Shown here one piece after another: positions 27,810 to 35,143 of a DNA stretch of 51,080 nucleotides. The translations under genes and the position numbers were made by a program. Numbering within the stretch: position 1 is the first letter of the stretch; the number at the start of each line of letters is the position of its first letter. Origin of the DNA: a bacterium (GTDB taxonomy: Bacteria; Myxococcota_A; UBA9160; UBA4427). The stretch is from positions 1 through 51,080 of the forward strand of contig JAUIMK010000002.1 in the NCBI GenBank assembly GCA_030432735.1, written 5' to 3'. The notes below the pieces were generated by a model. The model saw only the letters and a program-made list of their open reading frames with translations. It was not told the DNA's origin and did not search any database.

Positions 27810-29381
27810 GTGGCCGCGCGCAGCACCGCTTTCGTCAGCGACCGGGAGCGGGAAATCCTCGAAGCCGTCACCCGGATGGCGACGTCGAACCCGTTCGCGC
27901 CGGATCGGATCGATCAGGAGCGCCGCGCACTCGGGGACGCGTTCACGGGTTACACCGCCGTGTGGCACATGGACGGCGACGTCGAGGGGCTGAACCCGAA
28001 CGTCGTCCGTTTGAAGGAGCTCGCAGAGGGCATGGCGGAGGATCTCCGCCGCCGTCTTCAGGAGGGGGCGCGTCCGTCTCGCGACGAGCTCGCGCTCTAC
28101 GAAGGCTTCGTTCGCTACCTCCTCTTCTACCGCTACTCGCCCGATCTCACCCGGATCATCCACGAGCGCGAGAACGGTCGTCCCGCGACGCGGAAGCTCG
28201 GCTTCTATCGACGTTATGCGGAGGACTTCGCGCACTTCTTCGAGATTCCCGGGGTCGTCTTTCCGCCGGAGACGAACGCTCCCCACGTCCTCGCGTGGGG
28301 CTTCCAGATCCGCCGCGCATTCCACCACGTCTTCACGCGGATCTACGGCGGGTCGATGCCGATCGCGGAGCTGCGGGGCAAGGTCTGGCGGGCGGTCTTC
28401 ACCCACGACGTCGAGCGCTATCGCCGGAGCCTCTACGGACGAATGGGAGACATCCCGGCGCTCGTGCTCGGCGAGTCCGGGACGGGCAAGGAGCTCGTGG
28501 CGCGCGCGATCGGGCTCTCGCGCTACATCCCCCTCGACCCCGAGCGCGCCTGCTTCGTCGCGGACTTCGCCGACGGCTACCAGGCCGTGAATCTGGCAGC
28601 GCTCTCATCGTCGCTCGTCGAGTCGGAGCTCTTCGGCCACCGCAAGGGCGCGTTCACCGGCGCCGTCGAGGACCGCGCCGGCTGGCTCGAAGGGTGCGGT
28701 CCCTTCGGAACGATCTTCCTCGACGAGATCGGCGACCTCGACCCCGGGATCCAGGTGAAGCTCCTGCGCGTGCTCCAGAACCGCACGTTCCAACGGATCG
28801 GTGAGACGACGGAGCGGCGCTTCGAGGGCAAGATCGTCGCGGCGACGAACGCCGACCTCGAGCAGGGGATCGAGGACGGGACCTTCCGGGACGACCTCTA
28901 CTACCGACTCTGCGCGAACGTGATCGAGATGCCGACGCTGCGCGCGCAGATCGAGGCGGACGAGGGCGCCTTCCCGCAGCTCGTCCAGGTGATCGCGGTC
29001 CGGATCGCGGGAAGCGAGGAAGAGGGGGAGGGCCTCGCGCGCGAGGTGCTCGACTTCGTTCGGAGTGGACTGCCCGCGGACTACGGCTGGCCCGGCAATG
29101 TTCGTGAGCTCGAGCAGTGCGTACGGAGCGTGCTGGTCCAGGGCTCGTACGCGCCGCCGCGGCGGAGTCGAGGCGAGGCCCGACTCGCGGCGGCCGGGAT
29201 CGCGCCGTCGCTGCTGGCGGGCGAGGCCAGTGCCGACGCGCTCCTGCGCGACTACACGACCCGGGTCTACGCGAAGGTCGGCTCCTACGAGGCCGCGGCG
29301 CGCGTGCTCGGCCTCGATCGGCGGACGGTCAAGGCGAAGCTCGACCCGGAGCTCCTCGAGGAGCTCCGGGCCGAGGGATGA
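27810..29381 (+). CDS. Sigma-54-dependent transcriptional activator (bEBP) with an uncharacterised N-terminal domain and no receiver domain
   Basis: ORF 27534..29381. I take GTG 27810 as the start (AGGA 5 nt upstream); ATG 27876 is an alternative. It has an AAA+ Walker A ([15 protein letters not shown]), the GAFTGA sigma-54 contact loop ([13 protein letters not shown]), Walker B (IFLDEIGDL), WPGNVRELE and a C-terminal Fis-type HTH ([19 protein letters not shown]). Confidence 0.85.
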   Translation: MAARSTAFVSDREREILEAVTRMATSNPFAPDRIDQERRALGDAFTGYTAVWHMDGDVEGLNPNVVRLKELAEGMAEDLRRRLQEGARPSRDELALYEGFVRYLLFYRYSPDLTRIIHERENGRPATRKLGFYRRYAEDFAHFFEIPGVVFPPETNAPHVLAWGFQIRRAFHHVFTRIYGGSMPIAELRGKVWRAVFTHDVERYRRSLYGRMGDIPALVLGESGTGKELVARAIGLSRYIPLDPERACFVADFADGYQAVNLAALSSSLVESELFGHRKGAFTGAVEDRAGWLEGCGPFGTIFLDEIGDLDPGIQVKLLRVLQNRTFQRIGETTERRFEGKIVAATNADLEQGIEDGTFRDDLYYRLCANVIEMPTLRAQIEADEGAFPQLVQVIAVRIAGSEEEGEGLAREVLDFVRSGLPADYGWPGNVRELEQCVRSVLVQGSYAPPRRSRGEARLAAAGIAPSLLAGEASADALLRDYTTRVYAKVGSYEAAARVLGLDRRTVKAKLDPELLEELRAEG

Positions 29382-29397
29382 GCGCGGATCGCCCGCG

Positions 29398-30732
29398 TCA
29401 GTCGGTGCCCTTGCCGGGCCCGGCGAGGCCCATCGTCGCGAGGATCTTGAGCGGGCCGATGCCGGCGAGACCGGCGCCGTAGAAGGGCAGGAGATTCGGG
29501 AGGATCCGGATCCCCTCGGCGGACGCGACGCCCTGCGCGCTGATCAGGGCGAGACCGGCACAGACGAGGGTGGCGGCCGCGACGAGGCGTCGGCGCGAAT
29601 GCTCGGCGAGAGCGACCACCGGCTTCTCGAAGCGCTGCACGACGAGGGTGAGCGGGAAGAGGAAGAGGGTGAAGGCGAGGAGGTAGAGCGGCCGCGAGCT
29701 CCACCACGCGCTCGTGTTCGGTACGAGGTCGAGTCCCGTCCCGGCGAGATGGAGCAGCCCATAGACCGCGATCATCGCCGTCATGTGCCAGAGATAGACC
29801 GACATGATCAGCCCGTTCACGAGCACCGTCGCCGTCCAGACCCTGAGGTCGTCGAGGATCCGCCGCACGAAGGGCTCCGCCGCGAGGATCAGGCCGCACT
29901 GCGCGATGCCGAGGGTGAGGAGCGCGAGGGTCGGCGGCGACGTGTTCGAGATCTCCATGCCGGGGAAGCCGACCATCGCGAGTGGATAGGGCCCGAAAGA
30001 GACCAGGCCCGCCGTCGCGAGCGCGCCGCCGGCGAACCAGGCGAGGCGCATGCGGAAGCGGCCTTCGCGCCAGGCGTAGCCGAGCTGGTGCACGGCGAGC
30101 CAGACGAAGAAGTAGTTCACGAGGCCGAGCGCCCGGTGGCCGGAGGAGAACGAGACGAAGTCGGTGATGGCCGCGCCGGCGACGAGGACCCAGAACGACC
30201 GGAAGCCGTGACGCTTCCACGCGCGGTGGGTGATCGGGACGAGCACGCCGACCATCACGTAGACCGCGAGGAACCAGGTCGGCACGAGGGCCGCCTGCGA
30301 GAGCAGTCCGACGAGCGCCGGATTCGCACCGAGGAAGGGGCCCGCGCCGGCGATCGCGACCCAGGTGAGGAGCACCGGGATCACCGGGGCGACCAGGCGC
30401 TGGAAGCGTCCGGCGAGCCAGCGGGGATAGGGCGTGCCCTTGGCGAGGGCCGACTCCCAGGCGACGTGGTTCGCGTAGCCGCCGACGAGGAAGAAGATCG
30501 GCATGACCTGGACCGCGAGGGTCAGCCACCGGGTCCACGGGGCGAGCTCGAGCATGTTGGCCGTGACGAGGGCGCCGCCGTCCGAGACGTAGGGCGCGGC
30601 GACGAGCCAGTGTCCGAGGATCACGACGGTGATCGAGGCGGCGCGCAGGAAGTCGACGTAGCGGTTGCGGTCTTCGGGGGTGGCGTGGGCCGCCTGGGCG
30701 GCGCGCTGCCAGAGGTCGGTGGCGAAGGACAT
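29398..30732 (-). CDS. Acyltransferase family 3 (OafA/NolL-like) integral membrane acyltransferase
   Basis: ORF 29398..30858 trimmed to ATG 30732 (MSFATDLWQRAA...) with a GGAGAG SD. It has the N-terminal NRYVDFLRAASITVVILGHW pattern and about 10 hydrophobic helices typical of the Acyl_transf_3 family. Confidence 0.85.
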   Translation of the reverse strand: MSFATDLWQRAAQAAHATPEDRNRYVDFLRAASITVVILGHWLVAAPYVSDGGALVTANMLELAPWTRWLTLAVQVMPIFFLVGGYANHVAWESALAKGTPYPRWLAGRFQRLVAPVIPVLLTWVAIAGAGPFLGANPALVGLLSQAALVPTWFLAVYVMVGVLVPITHRAWKRHGFRSFWVLVAGAAITDFVSFSSGHRALGLVNYFFVWLAVHQLGYAWREGRFRMRLAWFAGGALATAGLVSFGPYPLAMVGFPGMEISNTSPPTLALLTLGIAQCGLILAAEPFVRRILDDLRVWTATVLVNGLIMSVYLWHMTAMIAVYGLLHLAGTGLDLVPNTSAWWSSRPLYLLAFTLFLFPLTLVVQRFEKPVVALAEHSRRRLVAAATLVCAGLALISAQGVASAEGIRILPNLLPFYGAGLAGIGPLKILATMGLAGPGKGTD

Positions 30733-30770
30733 GATCGGCTCTCCGTTTCTCGTGGGACGAGGATCGGTAG

Positions 30771-30787
30771 AGCACGGCCCGTGCCAA
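30771..30787 (-). promoter_or_regulatory. Candidate sigma-54 (-24/-12) promoter for the acyltransferase-3 gene
   Basis: The minus strand reads TTGGCACGGGCCGTGCT, compared with the consensus YTGGCACGrNNNTTGCW. TGGCACG is perfect, the GG-N10-GC spacing is correct, and the -12 box matches 4/5. The -12 GC lies about 40 nt upstream of ATG 30732. Confidence 0.5.
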
Positions 30788-30852
30788 AGTCGAAAGTGTA
30801 CTGATTTCAGGGAGTTGCGTGCTTCGCGCGCGTATCGGCCCGAGCTCGATAG

Positions 30853-30888
30853 GGTCATTGGATGTCGGCCTCATGACATCCAATGACC
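30853..30888. promoter_or_regulatory. Perfect 14-bp inverted repeat (GGTCATTGGATGTC-N8-GACATCCAATGACC): candidate bEBP upstream activating site and/or terminator hairpin
   Basis: The left arm is 30853-30866, the loop 30867-30874 and the right arm 30875-30888. It lies 3 nt after the crotonase stop (minus strand) and is centred roughly 110 nt upstream of the predicted sigma-54 transcription start. No U-tract follows it on either strand. Confidence 0.5.
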
Positions 30889-30891
30889 GGT

Positions 30892-31692
30892 CTATCGCCC
30901 TTCGAAGCTGGGCTTCCGCTTCTCCAGGAACGCCTTGATGGCCTCCTGGGAGTCCTTGCTGCTCCCGGCGACCGCCTGGAGCTCGACCTCGCGGTCGTAG
31001 GCCGCCGCGTAGTCGCTGTTGCTCGCCGTGTAGAGGGAGGCCTTGGCGTAGCGGAGGGAGAGCGGCGCGCGCTGGGCGAGCTCCTCGGCCCAGGCCCGGG
31101 TCTCCGGGAGCAGCGCGTCGCTCGGGACCACCCGGTTGCAGAGCCCCCACTCGAGGCATTTCGCGGCCGGGACCTTCTCGCCGGTCGCGATGATCTCGTA
31201 GGCGCGCTTGCGGCCGAGGGCGTTCGCGAGGAGCCAGGTCGCGCCGCCGTCGGGGATCAGGCCGATGCCCGCGAAGGCCTGATAGATGTAGGCGTCCTCG
31301 GCCATGACGGTCAGGTCGCAGATCATGCCGTAGGCGCTGCCGACGCCGGCGCAGGCGCCGTTGATCGCGCTGATCCAGGGCTTGGGGGCGCGCAGGATCG
31401 CCTCGAGGACCGGGCGATGATCCTGCTGGAGGTGGTCGCCGACCCCCATCCCCGTCGCGTTCATCGTGAGGTCCGCCCCCGCCGAGAACGCGCGGCCGGC
31501 GCCCGTCAGGATCACGACCCGCACGTCGCGATCGGCGTTCAGCCGGTTCGCCGCGTCGAGCATCTCGTGCAGGATCTCCACGCCGAGCGCGTTCAGCTTC
31601 TTCGGCACGTTCAGCGTGAGCTGTCCGACGTGGGTCTGCGCGTCGACGTCGACCTCGATCAGCTCGTAGGCGGGGTATTCGATCTTCGGCAT
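30892..31692 (-). CDS. Enoyl-CoA hydratase/isomerase (crotonase) family protein
   Basis: ORF 30892..31914 trimmed to ATG 31692 (MPKIEYPAYELIEVDV...) with a GGAGA SD. It has the crotonase motif VVILTGAGRAFSAGADL. Confidence 0.85.
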   Translation of the reverse strand: MPKIEYPAYELIEVDVDAQTHVGQLTLNVPKKLNALGVEILHEMLDAANRLNADRDVRVVILTGAGRAFSAGADLTMNATGMGVGDHLQQDHRPVLEAILRAPKPWISAINGACAGVGSAYGMICDLTVMAEDAYIYQAFAGIGLIPDGGATWLLANALGRKRAYEIIATGEKVPAAKCLEWGLCNRVVPSDALLPETRAWAEELAQRAPLSLRYAKASLYTASNSDYAAAYDREVELQAVAGSSKDSQEAIKAFLEKRKPSFEGR

Positions 31693-31750
31693 GGGTTCTC
31701 CGGCGAAGGGACGATCTCGCGGGATCCGACGATGGGTCGAGGCGTGATCG

Positions 31751-33124
31751 CTATTGGTCGACCCGGAAATCCGGGATCGGGTTGTGGCGGGCGATGGCCG
31801 AGCCTTCGGGGCCACACAGCATGAGGTAGCGCCACGTCCGCGCGTGGAAAAGGTGGACGAGCGCTTCGTCGTGGGACCCGTCGTCCTCCTGCACGAAGCG
31901 CTCGAGGGCCGCATCGCCCTCCTGCCAGGTCGCCGGGCGGAATCCCAGCAGCGGCTCGAGCTCGTCGAGGTTCGCGGCGTCGACGGCGGCGCCGATCTCG
32001 TCGGTCCGCTTCAGGTGGCGCGCGAGGCGGAAGAAGATCCGGAACTGGTGCTGCGTGTAGGCGTCCGGCGCCTCGAAATGGCGCAGCCACTGGATCAGAT
32101 GGTCGTGGCCGACGGCGCCGGTCGAGACCCGCGCCTGCGGCATCGCCGGCGGCGTGAGCTCGAGGCCGAGGATCTCCCCCAGTGCCTCCATCGCATAGAT
32201 GTTGGTCTCGGCGCACCACTGCATGTTCGTCATGTAGTCGGAGCCGGGCGGCGGCTCCGCCAGCGCGTCGTGGAAGGCGAGCTGGTTCGAGAGCGTGAAG
32301 CATAAATGGTGGTACTGGATCGCGCGGCGGTCGACGGCCATTCCGCCATTCTGTGAATAGTGGTCGTAGAGCGCTTCGAAATCCCCGTAGTTCAGCACGC
32401 TCGTCCGCATGCGGAACCCGGCCAGGTCCATCATCGGGTCGCCTATGTGCGCGAGCTCCAGATCGATCACCGCTTCGACGCGCCCGTTCCGGTGCATCAG
32501 CTGGCCCGAGTCCCAGACGATCGGGGTCTCGCGGACCTCGCCGCCGATCGGGTTGCGCCGGAGCCAGGCGAAGCAGAACTCGAGCAGCGGATCCGGGCGC
32601 TTCTTCGCCGCGCGATAGGCGTCCCAGTAGGTCTGCATCCCGATCCATCCGGACTGCGCGGGCGTCTCGGCGCGGAGCAGTCCCGCCTCGACGAAGCGGT
32701 CGATGGGCAGCGCGTGGATCTTCGCGAGGATCTCCATGTAGTGACGCATCACGCGGTCGCGCTCGTCGTCGCTCGCCTGCTGGAAGTGTTCGACGCCGTG
32801 CACGCGGTCCATCACGTAGGCGCGCGGGTCGTCGCACCAGCCGTACACCTTCGCAACGGGAATGCCCGCTTCGTGCAGCAGCGCCTGGAACTTCATCTCG
32901 TTCTCGAGGGGGAAGCCGTGCACGCAGTCGAGCCGATCGCCGCGCACGCAGAGCTCGAGCTTCTGTTCGCCCTTCTCGACCTCCGCGAACCACACCGGAC
33001 GCCAGCGCGCCTGCGGGTCGATGTGGACGACGCGCCCGCCGACGTTCTCCTCGATCCATCGCACGACCTTCTCGGTTCGCGACTCCATCGATTCGAGTTC
33101 GGGATCTTCGTTCGCTCGTGTCAT
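31751..33124 (-). CDS. Phosphotransferase enzyme family protein (APH / choline-kinase-like kinase fold)
   Basis: C-terminal 457 codons of ORF 31751..34402, from ATG 33124 (MTRANEDPELESMESR...). The upstream part of that ORF is antisense to the sulfotransferase. It has an APH-like catalytic region (IVWDSGQLMHRNGRVEAVIDLELAHIGDPMMDLA), which resembles the kinase HxDxxxxN ... D motif but with H replaced. Confidence 0.75.
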   Translation of the reverse strand: MTRANEDPELESMESRTEKVVRWIEENVGGRVVHIDPQARWRPVWFAEVEKGEQKLELCVRGDRLDCVHGFPLENEMKFQALLHEAGIPVAKVYGWCDDPRAYVMDRVHGVEHFQQASDDERDRVMRHYMEILAKIHALPIDRFVEAGLLRAETPAQSGWIGMQTYWDAYRAAKKRPDPLLEFCFAWLRRNPIGGEVRETPIVWDSGQLMHRNGRVEAVIDLELAHIGDPMMDLAGFRMRTSVLNYGDFEALYDHYSQNGGMAVDRRAIQYHHLCFTLSNQLAFHDALAEPPPGSDYMTNMQWCAETNIYAMEALGEILGLELTPPAMPQARVSTGAVGHDHLIQWLRHFEAPDAYTQHQFRIFFRLARHLKRTDEIGAAVDAANLDELEPLLGFRPATWQEGDAALERFVQEDDGSHDEALVHLFHARTWRYLMLCGPEGSAIARHNPIPDFRVDQ

Positions 33125-33298
33125 CGGGGGCTCCTCTCCGGATCCACGAGTCTGGCATAGCTCGATCGAGGCTGTCCCTCGTTCCGCCGGACACCCGGAA
33201 TCGGGCGTTTGAACGCGGGGTTCGAAGCTCCTACCTTCGCCGCCCCTTCGCCACGGTGCCGCCCGGCAACCGCAGGCACGCCCCAGGAGTCGCGAACG

Positions 33299-34495
33299 AT
33301 GAGCAGTGGATCCGCCGAGAACAAGGCCGCCTTCCAGGACGCCGAGCTGTTGGCGGAGGCCCGGTCGAACTCGGGCCTCTCGGATTTCGGACCCGACGAG
33401 TTCCTCCCGGCGATGGAGAAGCTCACGTGGTCGCTCCGCGAGGAAGCCCCGCTCAACGAGCTCGGTCGCCAGATCCTTCGCACGCGCATCGTCGAGAGCC
33501 TCGAGACCCGACTCCGCATCCAGCACTGGATCACGCGGCACCCCGAGATCCTCGACGAGGAGATCGGCGCCCCGATCGTCGTCATCGGCCAGGCGCGGAC
33601 CGGGACGACGATGCTCCAGCGCATCATCGCCAGCGACCCGCGGAACCACGCCTGCATGTGGTGGGAGACGCGCTTTCCGGCGCCCCACGCCGACACCGAT
33701 TGGAGCCAGCCCGACCCGCGCATCCCGATCGCCGAAGCCGAGGTCGCAGCGATCCTCGAAGCGGACCCGCGCCAGAAGTCGATCCATCCCTGGGACGCCC
33801 TCGCTCCCGACGAAGAGATCATGCTCCTCGAGCATTCCTTCCTCTCGTACGTGCCCGAGGCGTTCTGCAACATCCCGACCTACCGCAGCTGGATCAGCGA
33901 GCAGGACTGGACGCCGAGCTACCGCTACCTGAAGAAGCTGCTCCAGTCGCTCCAGTGGCAGAAGCGACAGCGCGGCAACGTCCGCGAGCGCTGGGTCCTG
34001 AAGGCGCCCAACCACCTCGGCTTCATCGACACCCTCTTCGAGACCTTCGAGGGCGCGAACGTGGTCCTGACCCACCGCGACCCGGTCGAGACCATCGCGT
34101 CCGCCGCCTCGATGAACGGCTCGTACTGGGCGCTCTACGGCGACGGGTCGCCGGAGCAGATGGCGCAGGCCGGCAACCAGTGGAAGGACCGGATGGCCTG
34201 GTCGACGAACCGCTGCATGGAAGCGCGGAAGCGCTACGACGCCAGCCGCTTCGCGGACCTCTGGTTCCTCGACGCGCTCAAGAAGCCGATCGAGGAGATC
34301 ACCCGCGCCTACGCGCAGTTCGGGATCGAGATGACCGACGAGGCGCGGGCCGCCATGGAGCAGTGGCGCGCCGACAATCCGCGGGAGAAGCGACCGCCCC
34401 ACGAGTACTCGTTCGAGGAGTACGGCCTCTCGGAAGAAGGCATCAAGGCCGACTTCGCAGAGTACCGGCGCGAGTTCATCGAGCCGCGGCTCTGA
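33299..34495 (+). CDS. PAPS-type sulfotransferase family protein (paralog 2, soluble)
   Basis: Internal ATG 33299 preceded by CAGGAG. It has the 5'-PSB loop VVIGQARTGTTMLQRII. It shares family blocks with paralog 1 (LKAPNHL vs LAKNPMY region, THRDPVETI vs VRNPHETI, EYSFEEYGL). Confidence 0.85.
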   Translation: MSSGSAENKAAFQDAELLAEARSNSGLSDFGPDEFLPAMEKLTWSLREEAPLNELGRQILRTRIVESLETRLRIQHWITRHPEILDEEIGAPIVVIGQARTGTTMLQRIIASDPRNHACMWWETRFPAPHADTDWSQPDPRIPIAEAEVAAILEADPRQKSIHPWDALAPDEEIMLLEHSFLSYVPEAFCNIPTYRSWISEQDWTPSYRYLKKLLQSLQWQKRQRGNVRERWVLKAPNHLGFIDTLFETFEGANVVLTHRDPVETIASAASMNGSYWALYGDGSPEQMAQAGNQWKDRMAWSTNRCMEARKRYDASRFADLWFLDALKKPIEEITRAYAQFGIEMTDEARAAMEQWRADNPREKRPPHEYSFEEYGLSEEGIKADFAEYRREFIEPRL

Positions 34496-34505
34496 GCCGT
34501 CTCAT

Positions 34506-34567
34506 CCGCCGCCTGCGGGCGCTCGGTGGGGCGGGGCCGCTCCGCCGTCTGCGGGCGCTCGGCGGGG
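34506..34567 (+). repeat. 26-nt direct repeat x2 at 36-bp period (CCGCCGYCTGCGGGCGCTCGGYGGGG), with a weaker third copy near 34585
   Basis: The copies are at 34506-34531 and 34542-34567 and differ at 2 positions. They lie in the convergent spacer between sulfotransferase 2 and the NTF2-like gene. Confidence 0.6.
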
Positions 34568-34612
34568 TGGATCCGATCCTCAGCCGGCGGACGCTCGGCC
34601 CGCGGAGGCCGT

Positions 34613-35071
34613 TCAGCTCGGGATCTCGTAGCCCTCGGGCAGCGAGCCCTGCATGATCGTCTGCTCGCAGACGCGCGCGACGATCCGCCAGCCGTCGGCC
34701 GTGCGGATGAGCTCGTCCAGGTAGCGGCCGGAGTTCGTGATGACGAACTGCCCGCCTTCCGAGACGTTCTTACCCATCGGCGAGTGAAAATAACATCTCG
34801 AACTCGCGCGGTCCCCGTCGATCTCGACGAGGACGTTGCTCACGACGTGCAGATTGAGCGGCCAGCTCTCGAGGGCGCGGTCGAGCCAGGCCAGCGTCTC
34901 GCGAAACGGCCCCGCGACGCCTCCGCTCGACGTGTAGTCGATCGTCGCTTCGAGGGCGAAGATGCGGTCCATCTGGCCCCATTCGCGATGGTCGACCATC
35001 TCGGCATAGCGGTAGAGCAGCTCTTCGATCTCGAGGCGATCCTGGATCGCGCGCAGGGCGTCGTCGGGCAT
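34613..35071 (-). CDS. Nuclear transport factor 2 (SnoaL-like) family protein
   Basis: 152-aa ORF (MPDDALRAIQDRLEIEELLYRYAEMVDHREW...). The N-terminal helix pattern and size are typical of SnoaL_4/NTF2-like proteins. Confidence 0.75.
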   Translation of the reverse strand: MPDDALRAIQDRLEIEELLYRYAEMVDHREWGQMDRIFALEATIDYTSSGGVAGPFRETLAWLDRALESWPLNLHVVSNVLVEIDGDRASSRCYFHSPMGKNVSEGGQFVITNSGRYLDELIRTADGWRIVARVCEQTIMQGSLPEGYEIPS

Positions 35072-35143
35072 GGGGGCACTCCTCTGGACGGACCGCGAAG
35101 TCTATCACGGGGAGACGAGCGACCCGTTTCGCCGGCGGGGAGG

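Noticed and set aside
33217-33231. tRNA T-loop-like GGGGTTCGAAGCTCC
   Set aside because: The flanking bases cannot form a T-stem (GCGGG vs CTCCT), and there is no acceptor or anticodon arm structure around it. It lies in the divergent promoter region.
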